Shown: piece by piece, positions 10,615 through 20,831 of the stretch
How the letters are laid out: each line of letters begins with the position of its first letter
Position numbering within the stretch: position 1 is the stretch's first letter
From: an uncultured Chthonomonadaceae bacterium
Lineage (GTDB): Bacteria; Armatimonadota; Chthonomonadetes; Chthonomonadales; Chthonomonadaceae
Direction of reading: 5' to 3'
Assembly: GCA_963835065.1 (NCBI GenBank)
Contig: CAWIEK010000011.1
Location: forward strand, 1 to 64,000
Length of the DNA stretch: 64,000 nucleotides
Made by a program: the position numbers and the translations under genes
Notes under the pieces: generated by a model
Database searches by the model: none
The model's input: only the letters and a program-made list of their open reading frames with translations
What the model was told of the DNA's origin: nothing

Positions 10615-11250
10615 ATGTCTTATAACAGGCAAACATTAGAAGGGCTGATAACCCGTTTTGGCCTGCAAATGGTGAATCAGGCGCGTGTTTTCGATGCCGC
10701 CCCACCTGTGCCAATCAGCAATCTGCTGCGGGAGGTACTGGCGGCAAACACCGATTTTGCGCTGGAAGTCGGCACGGAAAAGGCGCGTTCCGAGTTTATT
10801 GTCGCTCCCGTTCTTTCGGAAGTCCGCGAACAGATGAAGCCCCGCGTCAGCCTTTTTTCCGGCGTTGAGTTCAAGGTAGATGCGGCGGCGGGCCTGCATG
10901 GGACATGCGACTTTCTGTTCAGCCTTTCCCCGCTGCAATCTGTGATACAATCTCCCGTCGCCGCTATCGTGGAGGCCAAAAACGACAACCTCAAAAACGG
11001 GTTGGCGCAATGCCTTGCCGAAATGCTTGCCGCGCAGAAGTTCAATGGTCAGCGTGGCAACGCGATCCCGACCGTATATGGCGTTGTCACGACGGGCAGC
11101 CTGTGGAAATTCCTCTCCCTCCACGCTGCCACGGCAACGATTGATACAACGGAATACTATCTCGACCCTATTGAAAAAGTAGTCGGAATTTTCGTCTGGA
11201 TGCTGCATCAGGCTGAAGCCGCCCGCGATGCCGCCGCTCCTTCTCCTTAG
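10615..11250 (+). CDS. Hypothetical PD-(D/E)xK-like protein
   Basis: EKARSEFIVAPVL, GTCDF, IVEAK, GLAQCLAEM, YGVVTTGSLWKF; GGAGG SD. Confidence 0.65.
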   Translation: MSYNRQTLEGLITRFGLQMVNQARVFDAAPPVPISNLLREVLAANTDFALEVGTEKARSEFIVAPVLSEVREQMKPRVSLFSGVEFKVDAAAGLHGTCDFLFSLSPLQSVIQSPVAAIVEAKNDNLKNGLAQCLAEMLAAQKFNGQRGNAIPTVYGVVTTGSLWKFLSLHAATATIDTTEYYLDPIEKVVGIFVWMLHQAEAARDAAAPSP

Positions 11251-11430
11251 AGCCTCTCCTGATAAGCGCAGCATTTGCGTCCGCAGGAAGGTTCCGGGTA
11301 CTGAAAGTACCCGGCAGGACAAAACAAGCGTCTTGCAGACGCGATACTCTGCTATTGAATTGTGCGTCCGCAGGACGCTTGCACTTTCCTGCCGGGTACT
11401 TTCAGTACCCGGCCTATTGGGAGTGGCTCT
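11249..11430. repeat. REP/MITE-like nested inverted-repeat element
   Basis: Perfect 26-bp IR 11294-11319 / 11387-11412; inner IR 11325-11342 / 11364-11381; imperfect ends AGAGCC...GGCTCT. Confidence 0.75.
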
Positions 11431-11481
11431 TAATCGTCACGGGCGCTAATTTATTGTGAAAACACGTAACCTTCGCGTACA

Positions 11482-13719
11482 ATGCGGGTTTTATTTTTCA
11501 TGGCCGTGATATTTCGTATTATTGTAATCTTGATGCTTCTCCCGTTTGCCGCTTGCTCACAGGCCGGTGAAAAGGCGCGAACGGAGAAGCCTAAACCCGT
11601 ACTTGCCCATGCGCCCGCTGCGACTCGTGAACCTGTGAAACTGGAGAATCCTGAAGAGTTCTGGTCGAGCCGGGTGGAACCCCTGCTTGACAAACAGTGT
11701 CTCAAGTGCCATGCCGGGGTGCGGCAGCGCGGCGGGCTGGACCTGCGTTCGCTGGATACGATCTTGCGCGGAGGCGACAGCGGGCCGGCGATGGTTCCGG
11801 GCAAGCCCAACGAGAGCCGCATCCTGCAATACGCGCTGCCCAGGTCCGACATGCACATGCCGCCTTTGGAAACGAAAAAGCAATTAAGCGCGGAGGAAAT
11901 CGCCGTTCTCAAAACCTGGATTACGCTGCTGCCCGCGCCAAAATCCAAACCGGCGGTTGCGGCCTCCATCAATAGTGGTTCCTCCACAACGAATGTCTTG
12001 ACCCCGAACAGCGCCTTGACCCCGAACAACACTTTGCCTACAACCAGGGCTTCCTCCACAAACAGCGCCTTGACTACGAACAGCGCTTTGTCTACAAACA
12101 GCGCTTTGTCCACGAACAATGCCTGGGTGCCGGAGTATCTTGCCGAGTATCGGCGTTCGCGCCAAACCAAAAAGATTCCGCCTGCAAACATCTCCGTCAG
12201 CGCGGCTATTGACTGGTTCCTGCAAGCGGATTGGCGGGAAAACAAGATTGAGCCGGCCCGCGCCTGTGACGATGCCACATTTGTACGCCGTATCTATCTG
12301 GACATTGCCGGCAGAATTCCCACTCCGGACGAACGGAAACTCTTTTTAGCCGATGTTCGCGCCGGTAAGCGTACCCAACTAGTTGATAAGTTGATGGCTT
12401 CGGACGAGTATCCGCGCCATTTGCGGGAAGTGTTTGATACGGTGCTGATGGGCAGGGCCGGGGACAATACGGCCCGCGAACGCGCGGCAAGCGGCTGGAA
12501 CACGTACCTTGAAGAGTCGTTTCGCGCCAACCGTCCGTGGAACGAAATGGTGCGCGACATGCTTGTGGCCCGCCCGACGAGTGACGCGACGCGCGGCGCG
12601 ATTCGGTTTATCGCGGAACGGAAGAACAGCCATCAGGCGATTGCCGAAGCGGTTGCGCCGGTTGTGTTCGGGGTGCAGATCAAATGCGCCCAATGCCACA
12701 ATCATCCGCTGGCCTGGGAAATCGAACAGCGGCACTATTGGGGATTGGTAGCGGTCTTCAATCGCAGCAAAAACGTGGACACGGAAACCGGGCAGGGCGT
12801 GGCGGAAAGCGCGATTGGCGGGTTCATCAACTTTGCGAATTTGAAAAAAGAATCGCAGCCCGCAGCCCTTGTTTTCCTCAACGGCAAAAGCGTTCCCGAA
12901 CGCATACCCGCGCCGGATGAAAAGGAAGTGGACAACCCCGCCCTGTATGTGGTTCCGCCCACAAAAGACGGCCAGAAAGCGCATGCCCCCGCCGTGCCTA
13001 AATTTTCGCGGCGGGAAGCGTTTGCCGAATCCGTAACGCATGATAATCCCGCTCTGTCGAAGGCGTTTGTAAACCGGATGTGGGCGAATTTGATGGGGCA
13101 GGGCATTGTGCAGACGGTAGACCAGATTGACTCGCGGCATCGCGCCAGCCATCCCGAACTGCTGGAATGGCTGTCCCGTGACTTTGAAAAAAGTGGCTAT
13201 GACATCAAGCGCCTGGCGCGCAGTATCGTCCTGTCACGCGCCTATCAGTTGGATTCAAAGCCGAGCGGCAAAACACCGCCGCGCCCGGAATCCTTTGCGC
13301 GCGCTCTGGAAAAACCGCTGTCCGCCGAGCAGTTGTTACATTCCCTGTGGATAGCGACCGGCAATCCACCGTCCGCGCAGCCCGCCGGGGAAGTGGAGCG
13401 CGCGTTTACCGCCGCGTTTCCCGATGTGATGCCCGACACGTACAGCCCTTCTTTGCAGCAGGCGCTGTTCCTGTCCAATTCGCCGGTTTTGGAGGACTTG
13501 TTAAAGCCCGCGCCCCTCAGCACAACGGCGAAACTGATAGCGCTGCCGTCCAATGAAGCGCGTATCCGCGAAGCCTTCCTTTCTGTTCTTGGCCGCGCGC
13601 CTGACGCCGTAGAAACAAAGCAGTGCCTGTCCCTTCTCGCCGCCCAATCACCCGAAAAAGGCGTCAAGGGTCTGCTGTGGGCGTTGCTGACCTGCGCGGA
13701 ATTCCAGGTAAATCATTGA
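11482..13719 (+). CDS. Planctomycete cytochrome c + DUF1549/DUF1553 protein
   Basis: CLKCH heme motif with GGLDL, FVRRIYLDIAGRIPT, CAQCHNHP, VNRMWANLMGQG, SHPELLEWL. Confidence 0.88.
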   Translation: MRVLFFMAVIFRIIVILMLLPFAACSQAGEKARTEKPKPVLAHAPAATREPVKLENPEEFWSSRVEPLLDKQCLKCHAGVRQRGGLDLRSLDTILRGGDSGPAMVPGKPNESRILQYALPRSDMHMPPLETKKQLSAEEIAVLKTWITLLPAPKSKPAVAASINSGSSTTNVLTPNSALTPNNTLPTTRASSTNSALTTNSALSTNSALSTNNAWVPEYLAEYRRSRQTKKIPPANISVSAAIDWFLQADWRENKIEPARACDDATFVRRIYLDIAGRIPTPDERKLFLADVRAGKRTQLVDKLMASDEYPRHLREVFDTVLMGRAGDNTARERAASGWNTYLEESFRANRPWNEMVRDMLVARPTSDATRGAIRFIAERKNSHQAIAEAVAPVVFGVQIKCAQCHNHPLAWEIEQRHYWGLVAVFNRSKNVDTETGQGVAESAIGGFINFANLKKESQPAALVFLNGKSVPERIPAPDEKEVDNPALYVVPPTKDGQKAHAPAVPKFSRREAFAESVTHDNPALSKAFVNRMWANLMGQGIVQTVDQIDSRHRASHPELLEWLSRDFEKSGYDIKRLARSIVLSRAYQLDSKPSGKTPPRPESFARALEKPLSAEQLLHSLWIATGNPPSAQPAGEVERAFTAAFPDVMPDTYSPSLQQALFLSNSPVLEDLLKPAPLSTTAKLIALPSNEARIREAFLSVLGRAPDAVETKQCLSLLAAQSPEKGVKGLLWALLTCAEFQVNH
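11965..12126 (+). repeat. In-frame 18-nt tandem repeat (~9 degenerate units, S/T-T-N-S-A-L)
   Basis: Units such as TCTACAAACAGCGCTTTG and ACTACGAACAGCGCTTTG. Confidence 0.8.
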
Positions 13720-13723
13720 GGGG

Positions 13724-13814
13724 GTGTCGGGTGTTGGGTGTTGGGTGTTGGGAAGAGCCTTGTTCAACGAGTGCATTGTCCCGACACCCGACACCCAACA
13801 CCCGACACCCAACA
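13724..13814. repeat. Inverted heptamer-tandem hairpin (GGGTGTT/GGGTGTC)n ... (CCCGACA/CCCAACA)n
   Basis: Direct inspection; intergenic. Confidence 0.85.
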
Positions 13815-13822
13815 CAAAACTT

Positions 13823-15154
13823 ATGAACAACAAACACGATGATGGTATGGGAGCGTGTACGCCTCCTGAGCATACGATGCACCGCCGCCTCTTCCTGCAG
13901 GGGATGATGGGCGCGGGGGCGGCTTCGATGCTGAGTTGGAACGGGCTGTTTTCCCTGCCCGCCTTTGCCGCCGAAGCGAAGAAGCAGCAGAAACATTGTA
14001 TTCTGCTGTGGCTGTGCGGGGCGCCGAGCCAGTTTGAAACGTGGGACCCGAAGCCCAACAGCATTTATGGCGGCCCCTTCCGAAGCATCCCCACCAAGAT
14101 TCCCGGCGTCCATTTTGGCGAACTGATGCCGCAGTGCGCGAGTATTGCGGACAAGCTTTCCATTGTGCGCTCGATGAAAACAAATCAGGGCGAACATTTG
14201 CAGGCGATCAATCTGCTGCAGCGCGGAGCCGCGCCCCGCGAGCCGTTTGTCCGGCCTACGCTTGGTTCCGTGCTGGCGCAGCAATTGGGGCATCTGGACA
14301 ACCCGATTCCCAATTTCGTGCTGCTCGATCCCTGTCCCGAAGGCAATGAGTTCAAGGAGTTCAAAGCGGGCAACTGGGCGGGGTGGCTTGGGGCGCAGTA
14401 CGGTCCCGTTCGCGCCGGGGGCGAGTACAAACTGGCGAACGTGAACCGGGTTGCGGATATTACTACGCAGGATGCCGAACAGCGCGAGGGTTTGCGCCGC
14501 TTTTTGACCCGCAAATACGAAAATGACCGCGCCAGTTCCGCCGCCGCTTCCGAAAACGCCGTCTTTTCCCGCGTCAAAGGGCTGATGAGTTGCGCCGATT
14601 TGTTCGACCTGAATAAGGTGAAGCCCAAAGACCGCGAACGCTACGGGCCGGGCACGTTCGGGCTGCATACCCTGCTGGCGCGTAATTTAGTCGAAAACGG
14701 CGCTCCCTTTGTCATGGTTGCGAATGGCATGCCCTGGGACTGCCATGTGTTTCAGCACGAAATCTACCAGATGCTCGTGCCGGAAGTGGATCGCATTATT
14801 TACAACCTGATTACGGACCTTGAAGAGCGCGGCCTGCTCGACAAAACCCTTGTCGTGATGATGGGCGAGTTCGGGCGGACGCCCTGGCTCAATGCCGCGC
14901 GCGGACGTGACCATTACCCGGATGCGTGGAGTCTGGCAATGGCCGGAGCGGGGATCAAGCGCGGCGTTGTCGTGGGCGCGACGGACAGCGACGGCGTGGA
15001 CGTGATTGAAAAGCCGTTCAACGAAAAAAATCTGTTCGCAACCATCTTCACCGCGCTTGGCATTGACCCTTACGCCGAATACGACGAGAAGGACATTGCG
15101 ACATTTTACCGCGTGGAAGACCATGCGGAACCGATTCGGGAGATATTGTTGTGA
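13823..15154 (+). CDS. DUF1501-family protein with Tat-like signal
   Basis: HRRLFL, ILLWLCGAPSQFETWDPKP, MGEFGRTP, GRDHYP. Confidence 0.9.
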   Translation: MNNKHDDGMGACTPPEHTMHRRLFLQGMMGAGAASMLSWNGLFSLPAFAAEAKKQQKHCILLWLCGAPSQFETWDPKPNSIYGGPFRSIPTKIPGVHFGELMPQCASIADKLSIVRSMKTNQGEHLQAINLLQRGAAPREPFVRPTLGSVLAQQLGHLDNPIPNFVLLDPCPEGNEFKEFKAGNWAGWLGAQYGPVRAGGEYKLANVNRVADITTQDAEQREGLRRFLTRKYENDRASSAAASENAVFSRVKGLMSCADLFDLNKVKPKDRERYGPGTFGLHTLLARNLVENGAPFVMVANGMPWDCHVFQHEIYQMLVPEVDRIIYNLITDLEERGLLDKTLVVMMGEFGRTPWLNAARGRDHYPDAWSLAMAGAGIKRGVVVGATDSDGVDVIEKPFNEKNLFATIFTALGIDPYAEYDEKDIATFYRVEDHAEPIREILL

Positions 15155-16293
15155 ACGCTCCACAAATACAAGCCAAAACCGGGGATCAGGGGTCAGGGGC
15201 CAGTGGTCAGGGAGATACCGGCGTGAAGTTGGTCGCCGCGAAGGAATGGAAGTTGCCGACTGCCGTTTACGCCCTTGATGTTCATCCCGACGGCAAGCGT
15301 TTCTATGCGGCATGTTTCGACGGCGGCATTTATGAAGTGGCGCTGGATACGGGCGAGCGGAAACTGTTGGGGAAACACGACAGTTATGCAAGCGGCGTCC
15401 GGTATCTGCCCAAAGCCAACCGGCTGATTTCCGCCGGGTACGATGGCGCGCTGCGTTGGTTCGATGCCAGTCAGGCCAAATCGGTGCGAACGGTAGAAGC
15501 GCATAAATTCTGGTCATGGAAAATGCGCGTTTCGCCGGATGAGCAATGGGTCGGCACGGTGACGGGGCAGTATATGGCGGGCGGTTACAAGTACGAACCT
15601 GCTGCGGAACGCGAACCGAGCGTGAAGGTCTTTGAAGCGGAAACGGGAAAACTGCGCCATTCCTTTGCGCACGTTCCCCCGGTGCTTTCCGTCGCCTTCA
15701 GCCCGGACAGCCGCCACATTGCAGCGGCGAACATGATGGGCGAAATACGGGTATGGAGTCTGGAAACCGGCAAGCAGGAGACCGGCTGGACAACCCCGGA
15801 TTTCACCAGTTGGGGCATCATCAAGAGCCACCATTACATCGGCGGCATTTTCGATTTGACCTTCAGCCCGGACGGTCGTGAATTGCTCGTATGCGGTATG
15901 GGGCCGATGACGGATCCGATGGCCGGAAACGGCAGGCAAACCTGGCAGCGCTTCGCCTGGATGGAAACCCCGCCGCGCAAGGCGGCAGAAATACGCGAGT
16001 TCGATGCCGGACGCGGGCTAATGGAAGTAGTACGCTTTCATCCCGATAACAAGACGTTTCTCATGTCCGGTAAACTGGCGCAGGGGAAATGGAACACCGC
16101 CCTCTTCGACTCCGTTTCCGGCAGCCTGCTCCACTCGCTTGACACCAAAATGCGCGTCACGGACGCCGCCTGGCTGAACGGCGGCGCGCAATTGGCGCTG
16201 TCCGGCGCAACCTCGCAGGAGCGCAAAAAGAACGGCATCTGCCCTGACTTCGGGCACATCAAACTTTTCAACGTACAGCGCCAGAACGGATAA
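15151..16293 (+). CDS. WD40-repeat protein
   Basis: LISAGYDGALRW, VLSVAFSPD and LTFSPDG repeats; GTGA overlap with the DUF1501 gene. Confidence 0.85.
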   Translation: MNAPQIQAKTGDQGSGASGQGDTGVKLVAAKEWKLPTAVYALDVHPDGKRFYAACFDGGIYEVALDTGERKLLGKHDSYASGVRYLPKANRLISAGYDGALRWFDASQAKSVRTVEAHKFWSWKMRVSPDEQWVGTVTGQYMAGGYKYEPAAEREPSVKVFEAETGKLRHSFAHVPPVLSVAFSPDSRHIAAANMMGEIRVWSLETGKQETGWTTPDFTSWGIIKSHHYIGGIFDLTFSPDGRELLVCGMGPMTDPMAGNGRQTWQRFAWMETPPRKAAEIREFDAGRGLMEVVRFHPDNKTFLMSGKLAQGKWNTALFDSVSGSLLHSLDTKMRVTDAAWLNGGAQLALSGATSQERKKNGICPDFGHIKLFNVQRQNG

Positions 16294-16327
16294 CGCGCCC
16301 TCGTTTTTCTCAGTGGAAAAGAGGGCT

Positions 16328-17212
16328 ATGGCACACGATCAGCTGTTCAAAGAACTTCTGCGAGCGTTCCTGCCTGAGTTCATGGCGTTGTTCTTTCCCG
16401 ATGTTGCCCTTCGTCTGAATTGGGAGCAGGTGACGTTCCCGAATGTGGAAGTGTTCACGGATGTGCCCGAAGGCAGTGTCCGCCGCGCCGATACCATCGC
16501 CATCGTCCCAACGTTTGATGGTGAACCGGAACTGGTGTTAATCCATGTGGAAACGCAATCGGTGCGACTCAGTGAAGTGTACTTTCGCATGTTCGAGTAT
16601 TATATGTTACTGAGGTTGCGCTACAAACTGCGCGTATTTCCGATTGTCCTCTACATTGTGCCGGGAACGGGTGGCATCACGCAGGAGACATACACAGAGA
16701 GTTTGTTCGGCAGAGACATTCTGACCTTTGACTACGCTGCCATTGGCTTGCCGGAACTAAAGGCGGATGATTACATCGCAAACGATAACCCGCTTGCGCC
16801 CGCACTGACCGCGCTGATGCAGCCACTTGCGCTTGGACGCGCCGCGCAGAAACTCGTCAGTTTGCAGCGTACTCTCAGCAGTGGGGTGGATGAAGCGCGG
16901 CAAGTGCTGCTCACCAACCTTATTGAGACGTATCTGAAATTAAACGTAGAGGAAACCGTAGACTTTCAAAATCTTGTCTCACAATCCAACGAACCGGAGG
17001 TAGAAGAGATGCTGAGTATTTACGAAGAACGTGGTATCGTCAAAGGCACGCGGCAGGCGTTATTGAATCTAATGCGGGTCAAGTTTGGAGAGTTGCCGGA
17101 ACAGGTCGAAGCTAAAGTGCGCAGCATTACCGATGAGGAGATGCTGGATACTTTGCTGGAGCGGATACTCACGGCTGCAACGCTGGGGGACATGAAACTG
17201 GAAGAAGCGTAG
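16328..17212 (+). CDS. Rpn/Transposase_31-like PD-(D/E)xK protein with DUF4351-like C-terminus
   Basis: HDQLFKELL, RRAD, LIHVETQ, RMFEYY, KFGELP. Confidence 0.75.
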   Translation: MAHDQLFKELLRAFLPEFMALFFPDVALRLNWEQVTFPNVEVFTDVPEGSVRRADTIAIVPTFDGEPELVLIHVETQSVRLSEVYFRMFEYYMLLRLRYKLRVFPIVLYIVPGTGGITQETYTESLFGRDILTFDYAAIGLPELKADDYIANDNPLAPALTALMQPLALGRAAQKLVSLQRTLSSGVDEARQVLLTNLIETYLKLNVEETVDFQNLVSQSNEPEVEEMLSIYEERGIVKGTRQALLNLMRVKFGELPEQVEAKVRSITDEEMLDTLLERILTAATLGDMKLEEA

Positions 17213-17249
17213 AGGACGGGCAGAAACGAAAAAGACAGTCCCGGCCTGA

Positions 17250-17310
17250 TTTCGGCCATCGGCTTGCCGTCTCCTGTCGGATAGTAGATCGCTCGTTTAG
17301 GAAGAGACAT
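17250..17310 (-). pseudogene. 5' stub of a Uma2-family endonuclease gene
   Basis: MSLPKRAIYYPTGDGKPMAE resembles the Uma2 N-terminal YPxSDGKPMAE motif; AGGAGG SD; no continuation. Confidence 0.55.
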
Positions 17311-17502
17311 GAGGATTTTCCTCCTGCTTGCTTTTTTGCTTACACTCCCACATTACAGGGCGTAACCGGAAATGCGTCAAGAGTCTTTTCATGCCCGAAT
17401 AAATGCGGCAGGAAAATTCCCCGGCGAAAACGAGTACAGCGAATATACGCTCACGCAACGAAAAAGGCTTGGGCTATCGCGCGAAGGAGAAAAGAAGCCG
17501 CA

Positions 17503-17769
17503 ATGGAACAAACACGTCAGAATGCGCAGCAGGTTGCCGCGCGTGGGCGGGAGATATACGAGCAGCGATTACGCGGCTTGCTGGAAGTGGAAAACAAGGG
17601 CAAGTTTCTCGTGATAGACATTGATACCGGCGAGTATGAAATTGACGAGGACGATCTGGCAGCTTCTATGCGGGCTTATCAAAAACGTCCGAATGGGACA
17701 CGCTACGGCATGCGAATCGGATATCCAAGCGCCGGGACTCTCGGTTCCTCACAAACGGCGCAGTTATGA
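17503..17769 (+). CDS. Small DUF5678-like protein
   Basis: GREIYEQ, GKFLVIDIDTGEYE, MRIG; coupled to the downstream protease. Confidence 0.65.
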   Translation: MEQTRQNAQQVAARGREIYEQRLRGLLEVENKGKFLVIDIDTGEYEIDEDDLAASMRAYQKRPNGTRYGMRIGYPSAGTLGSSQTAQL

Positions 17770-18137
17770 TACGCGGGCAGGTGAACGCCCGCAAAGAAGC
17801 CGTTATTCCGCTTCAAATTCGCGGCGCAGGAGGACAAACCGTAGACCGGCAGGGAACCATTGATACCGGCTTTTCCGGTTTTCTCACGCTGCCTTTGGCG
17901 CTGATTGTCTCCTTGCAGCTAACTCTTGTCGAAACCCGCACTTACACGCTTGGCAACAACAGCAACATTGATTTTGATTTGTACGCGGCGACAGTGATAT
18001 GGGACGGCAAAGACCGGAATGTTCTTGTGCTGGCTACGGATAGCGGCACCCTTGTCGGCATGTCTATGCTGCAAGGGTATCGCTTGTTTGTAGATGTGGT
18101 GGATAGCGGCGACGTTATCATTGAAGAACGTCCGTAA
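17766..18137 (+). CDS. Clan AA (retropepsin-like) aspartic protease
   Basis: IDTGFSG and LVGMSML motifs; ATGA overlap. Confidence 0.85.
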   Translation: MIRGQVNARKEAVIPLQIRGAGGQTVDRQGTIDTGFSGFLTLPLALIVSLQLTLVETRTYTLGNNSNIDFDLYAATVIWDGKDRNVLVLATDSGTLVGMSMLQGYRLFVDVVDSGDVIIEERP

Positions 18138-18274
18138 ACATAATTATAATTGACTTCTATGCAGGCGCAGGAGAAGGATTTTCTTCTTCTGCGTCTAATT
18201 TCTTGTCTGGCATATTTCAAAACCTCAAATTATGCAGTTAGCCAGGTTCCCAATTATCAAGAAGGGCGGCGGCT

Positions 18275-20806
18275 ATGTGGGGCATGAGTCGGGAAGATGG
18301 CTTGTTTCATCATTACGACAGTTCGGCTTCGGGCGGCACATTCGCTTGCGGCAGGCAGAAACGAGTGGTTCTTGAATACTCTGTCGCCGTGCCGGACAAC
18401 GCCTGCCCGGAGTGCGTCACGCTGTTCCGAACGCCCGCGCAGGCGAGTTATGTTCCGCAGGCACAGGCCGCTATTTTGGAAGCGCCGCCGCAGAGATATA
18501 CGGGAAGCGAGGTTCCCGCCGCGCTGCTGGAAAGAAAGCATGAAGAGCATTACCTGCGGTACGTGCTGCAAGTGGCGGCGGAGCAGGCCATCGCGTTCAG
18601 CCGCAAAGCCCATGTGAAAGAGCGCGGTTCCATTCACAGCGGAGAGGCAAGCGCATGGCTGCGGACGGAAGCCCGGCGCAAGCAGGAAGCCGTTCAGTCC
18701 ATGCAGGGTTCTCCCTACTTTGCGCGGATAGATTTTGCGGCGGAGAACGACAACGCGGCTGATAATGAAAACGCAATAGATAGTGAAAACGCGGTAGATA
18801 TGATCTACATTGGGCGCTCCATGCTCGAAACGGATGCTGATAGCCTGCTCATCTATGACTGGCGCGATCCTATTTGTACCCTGTACTACCGCCATAATGT
18901 GGGAGCGGCGGGCTACCAGGCTCCGGGCGGCGAGTTTTCGGGCGATATTTTGCTGAAACGCCATTTGGAAACGCAAAATGGAAGGTTGGTTTCCTATCAG
19001 GATGCGGCCGGCAGCCCATCCGAAACTTCAGCGATAGAGGACGGCATTCTGCTTGGGATGCTGCGGCGTAACAGTTCGGGCGAAATGCGGCAGATTGTGC
19101 AGAGCATACAGGCGGAACAGGATGAAGTGATTCGCGTTCGAGGCGATGTTGTGGTGGTGCAGGGGCCGGCGGGCAGCGGCAAAACGGTTGTTGCCCTGCA
19201 CCGGGCCGCCTATCTGCTGTACGAGAAGCGGCAGGAACAGCAGCGATTGGCGCAACGATTTGGCCGCGTGTCCGCGCAGCGTATGCTGGTATTTTCTCCC
19301 AACAGCATTTTTTCGAGCTACATTTCGCGCGTTCTGCCCGATCTGAACGAGGAACAAATCACCCAAACCATTCTGGAAAACACGATTCAAGCCGAAGTGC
19401 GCAAGTGTCTGCCGAAAGCGGGACGTGGGGAACGCTGGCAAGTGGAGCGGCGTGAAGATTATTTTGAATACATTCTGCTGCAAACGGAGGACGCGCTTTA
19501 CCATGCGCGGATAGAGGGTTCCGCGTTTAAATCCTCCGTCGCCATGTTGTCGGCTATGGAAACGTTTTTGCAAGAATTTGACAGGCAGGTGGAAGAAGTG
19601 TTTGAGGATATGGAACTTAGCATTTACGGGCAGGTCATTGCCGATCCGCAGCAGCGCATCTTTTACAGCAAGTCCGACATGCAAACCCGGTATCGCATGG
19701 CGCGTTCCGCAAGTTCCGTCGTGGACAGCATTGCGGACGTGCTGCAAAGCCTTGAAACGCGCATTGTGGAGTTTGAAAAAACAAGCTGGATTTCGCGCAG
19801 TGATGAACAGGGCCGCAACCCGCTTGCCATTACGGTGAAGCGTTTGCAGCAGGAAAAGCAGCGCATGGAGAACCTGCTCCTGCCGTATCAAAGGTACGCG
19901 CCGTTGGATTTGTATACGACACTGCTGCAAAACACGCCTATTAGTATTGCTGAATCTGTAAGAGCGAGTACGCTTTCAAGCGAGTATACGCTTGCCTTTG
20001 CGCGGAAGCATAAAGTCGCTTATGAGGACATTGTGCCCCTCCTGCTGCTGAGTGGGCACTATCGCGGCTTTCCACAATGGAGCGATATTGACCACGCCGT
20101 CATAGATGAAGCGCAGGATTATTCTTTGCTGCACTACGAGTACATCAAAAACTGCCTGCCGGACGATTGTACGCTGACGATTGTTGGGGACATAAACCAG
20201 GCCATCAGCCCCCTGCTGAATCTGCACGATTACGAAGGGCTGGAAACGGTGTTTTCCAAACGAATCACGCGGCTGAACCTGAAACGCAGTTATCGCTCCA
20301 GCGTGGAAATCACAGATTTCGCCCGCCACATTCTAAAAGGCGCCCCGCCAATTGATAATGTCCGGCGCGCGGGTAGCAAGCCAAAATTGCTCTTCGCGCC
20401 GAATGGCAAGCAGGCCGCTGCTATTACAGCCTTGTTAAAGGAATTAGCGGGCAAAGAGGTGAATTCTATCGCCGTACTGTGTAAAACGCGGCGGGACAGC
20501 GCGCAATTGTTTCGGCAGTTACGCTTGCTCCTGCCCGCCGACACCCCCCTGACGCTGTTGACGGACAGCGCGACACTGGCGCAGGGAGTGTTGGTTGTGC
20601 CGGTGCAGCTTGCCAAAGGGCTGGAATTCGACGCGGTTATTCTGCACGACGCCGGCCAATCCTGTTATGCGCGGGAAGAAGAGCGCAAACTGCTGTATAC
20701 GGCGTGTACTCGCGCCCTGCACGATCTGTACCTCTGCTGTTCCGGCGCGTTGTCGTCCCTGCTGCCACCGGCAGACAGCCCTCTCTATGAACGGCACAGC
20801 GCATAA
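18275..20806 (+). CDS. HelD-like SF1 ATPase (RNA polymerase recycling factor family)
   Basis: SPYFARIDF, IYIGR, IYDWRDP, IQAEQDEVIR, GPAGSGKTVVALHRAAYLLY, IDEAQD, VGDINQ, KGLEFDAV, YTACTRA. Confidence 0.85.
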   Translation: MWGMSREDGLFHHYDSSASGGTFACGRQKRVVLEYSVAVPDNACPECVTLFRTPAQASYVPQAQAAILEAPPQRYTGSEVPAALLERKHEEHYLRYVLQVAAEQAIAFSRKAHVKERGSIHSGEASAWLRTEARRKQEAVQSMQGSPYFARIDFAAENDNAADNENAIDSENAVDMIYIGRSMLETDADSLLIYDWRDPICTLYYRHNVGAAGYQAPGGEFSGDILLKRHLETQNGRLVSYQDAAGSPSETSAIEDGILLGMLRRNSSGEMRQIVQSIQAEQDEVIRVRGDVVVVQGPAGSGKTVVALHRAAYLLYEKRQEQQRLAQRFGRVSAQRMLVFSPNSIFSSYISRVLPDLNEEQITQTILENTIQAEVRKCLPKAGRGERWQVERREDYFEYILLQTEDALYHARIEGSAFKSSVAMLSAMETFLQEFDRQVEEVFEDMELSIYGQVIADPQQRIFYSKSDMQTRYRMARSASSVVDSIADVLQSLETRIVEFEKTSWISRSDEQGRNPLAITVKRLQQEKQRMENLLLPYQRYAPLDLYTTLLQNTPISIAESVRASTLSSEYTLAFARKHKVAYEDIVPLLLLSGHYRGFPQWSDIDHAVIDEAQDYSLLHYEYIKNCLPDDCTLTIVGDINQAISPLLNLHDYEGLETVFSKRITRLNLKRSYRSSVEITDFARHILKGAPPIDNVRRAGSKPKLLFAPNGKQAAAITALLKELAGKEVNSIAVLCKTRRDSAQLFRQLRLLLPADTPLTLLTDSATLAQGVLVVPVQLAKGLEFDAVILHDAGQSCYAREEERKLLYTACTRALHDLYLCCSGALSSLLPPADSPLYERHSA

Positions 20807-20831
20807 GACACGGCGCATACGAAAGGAAGAA

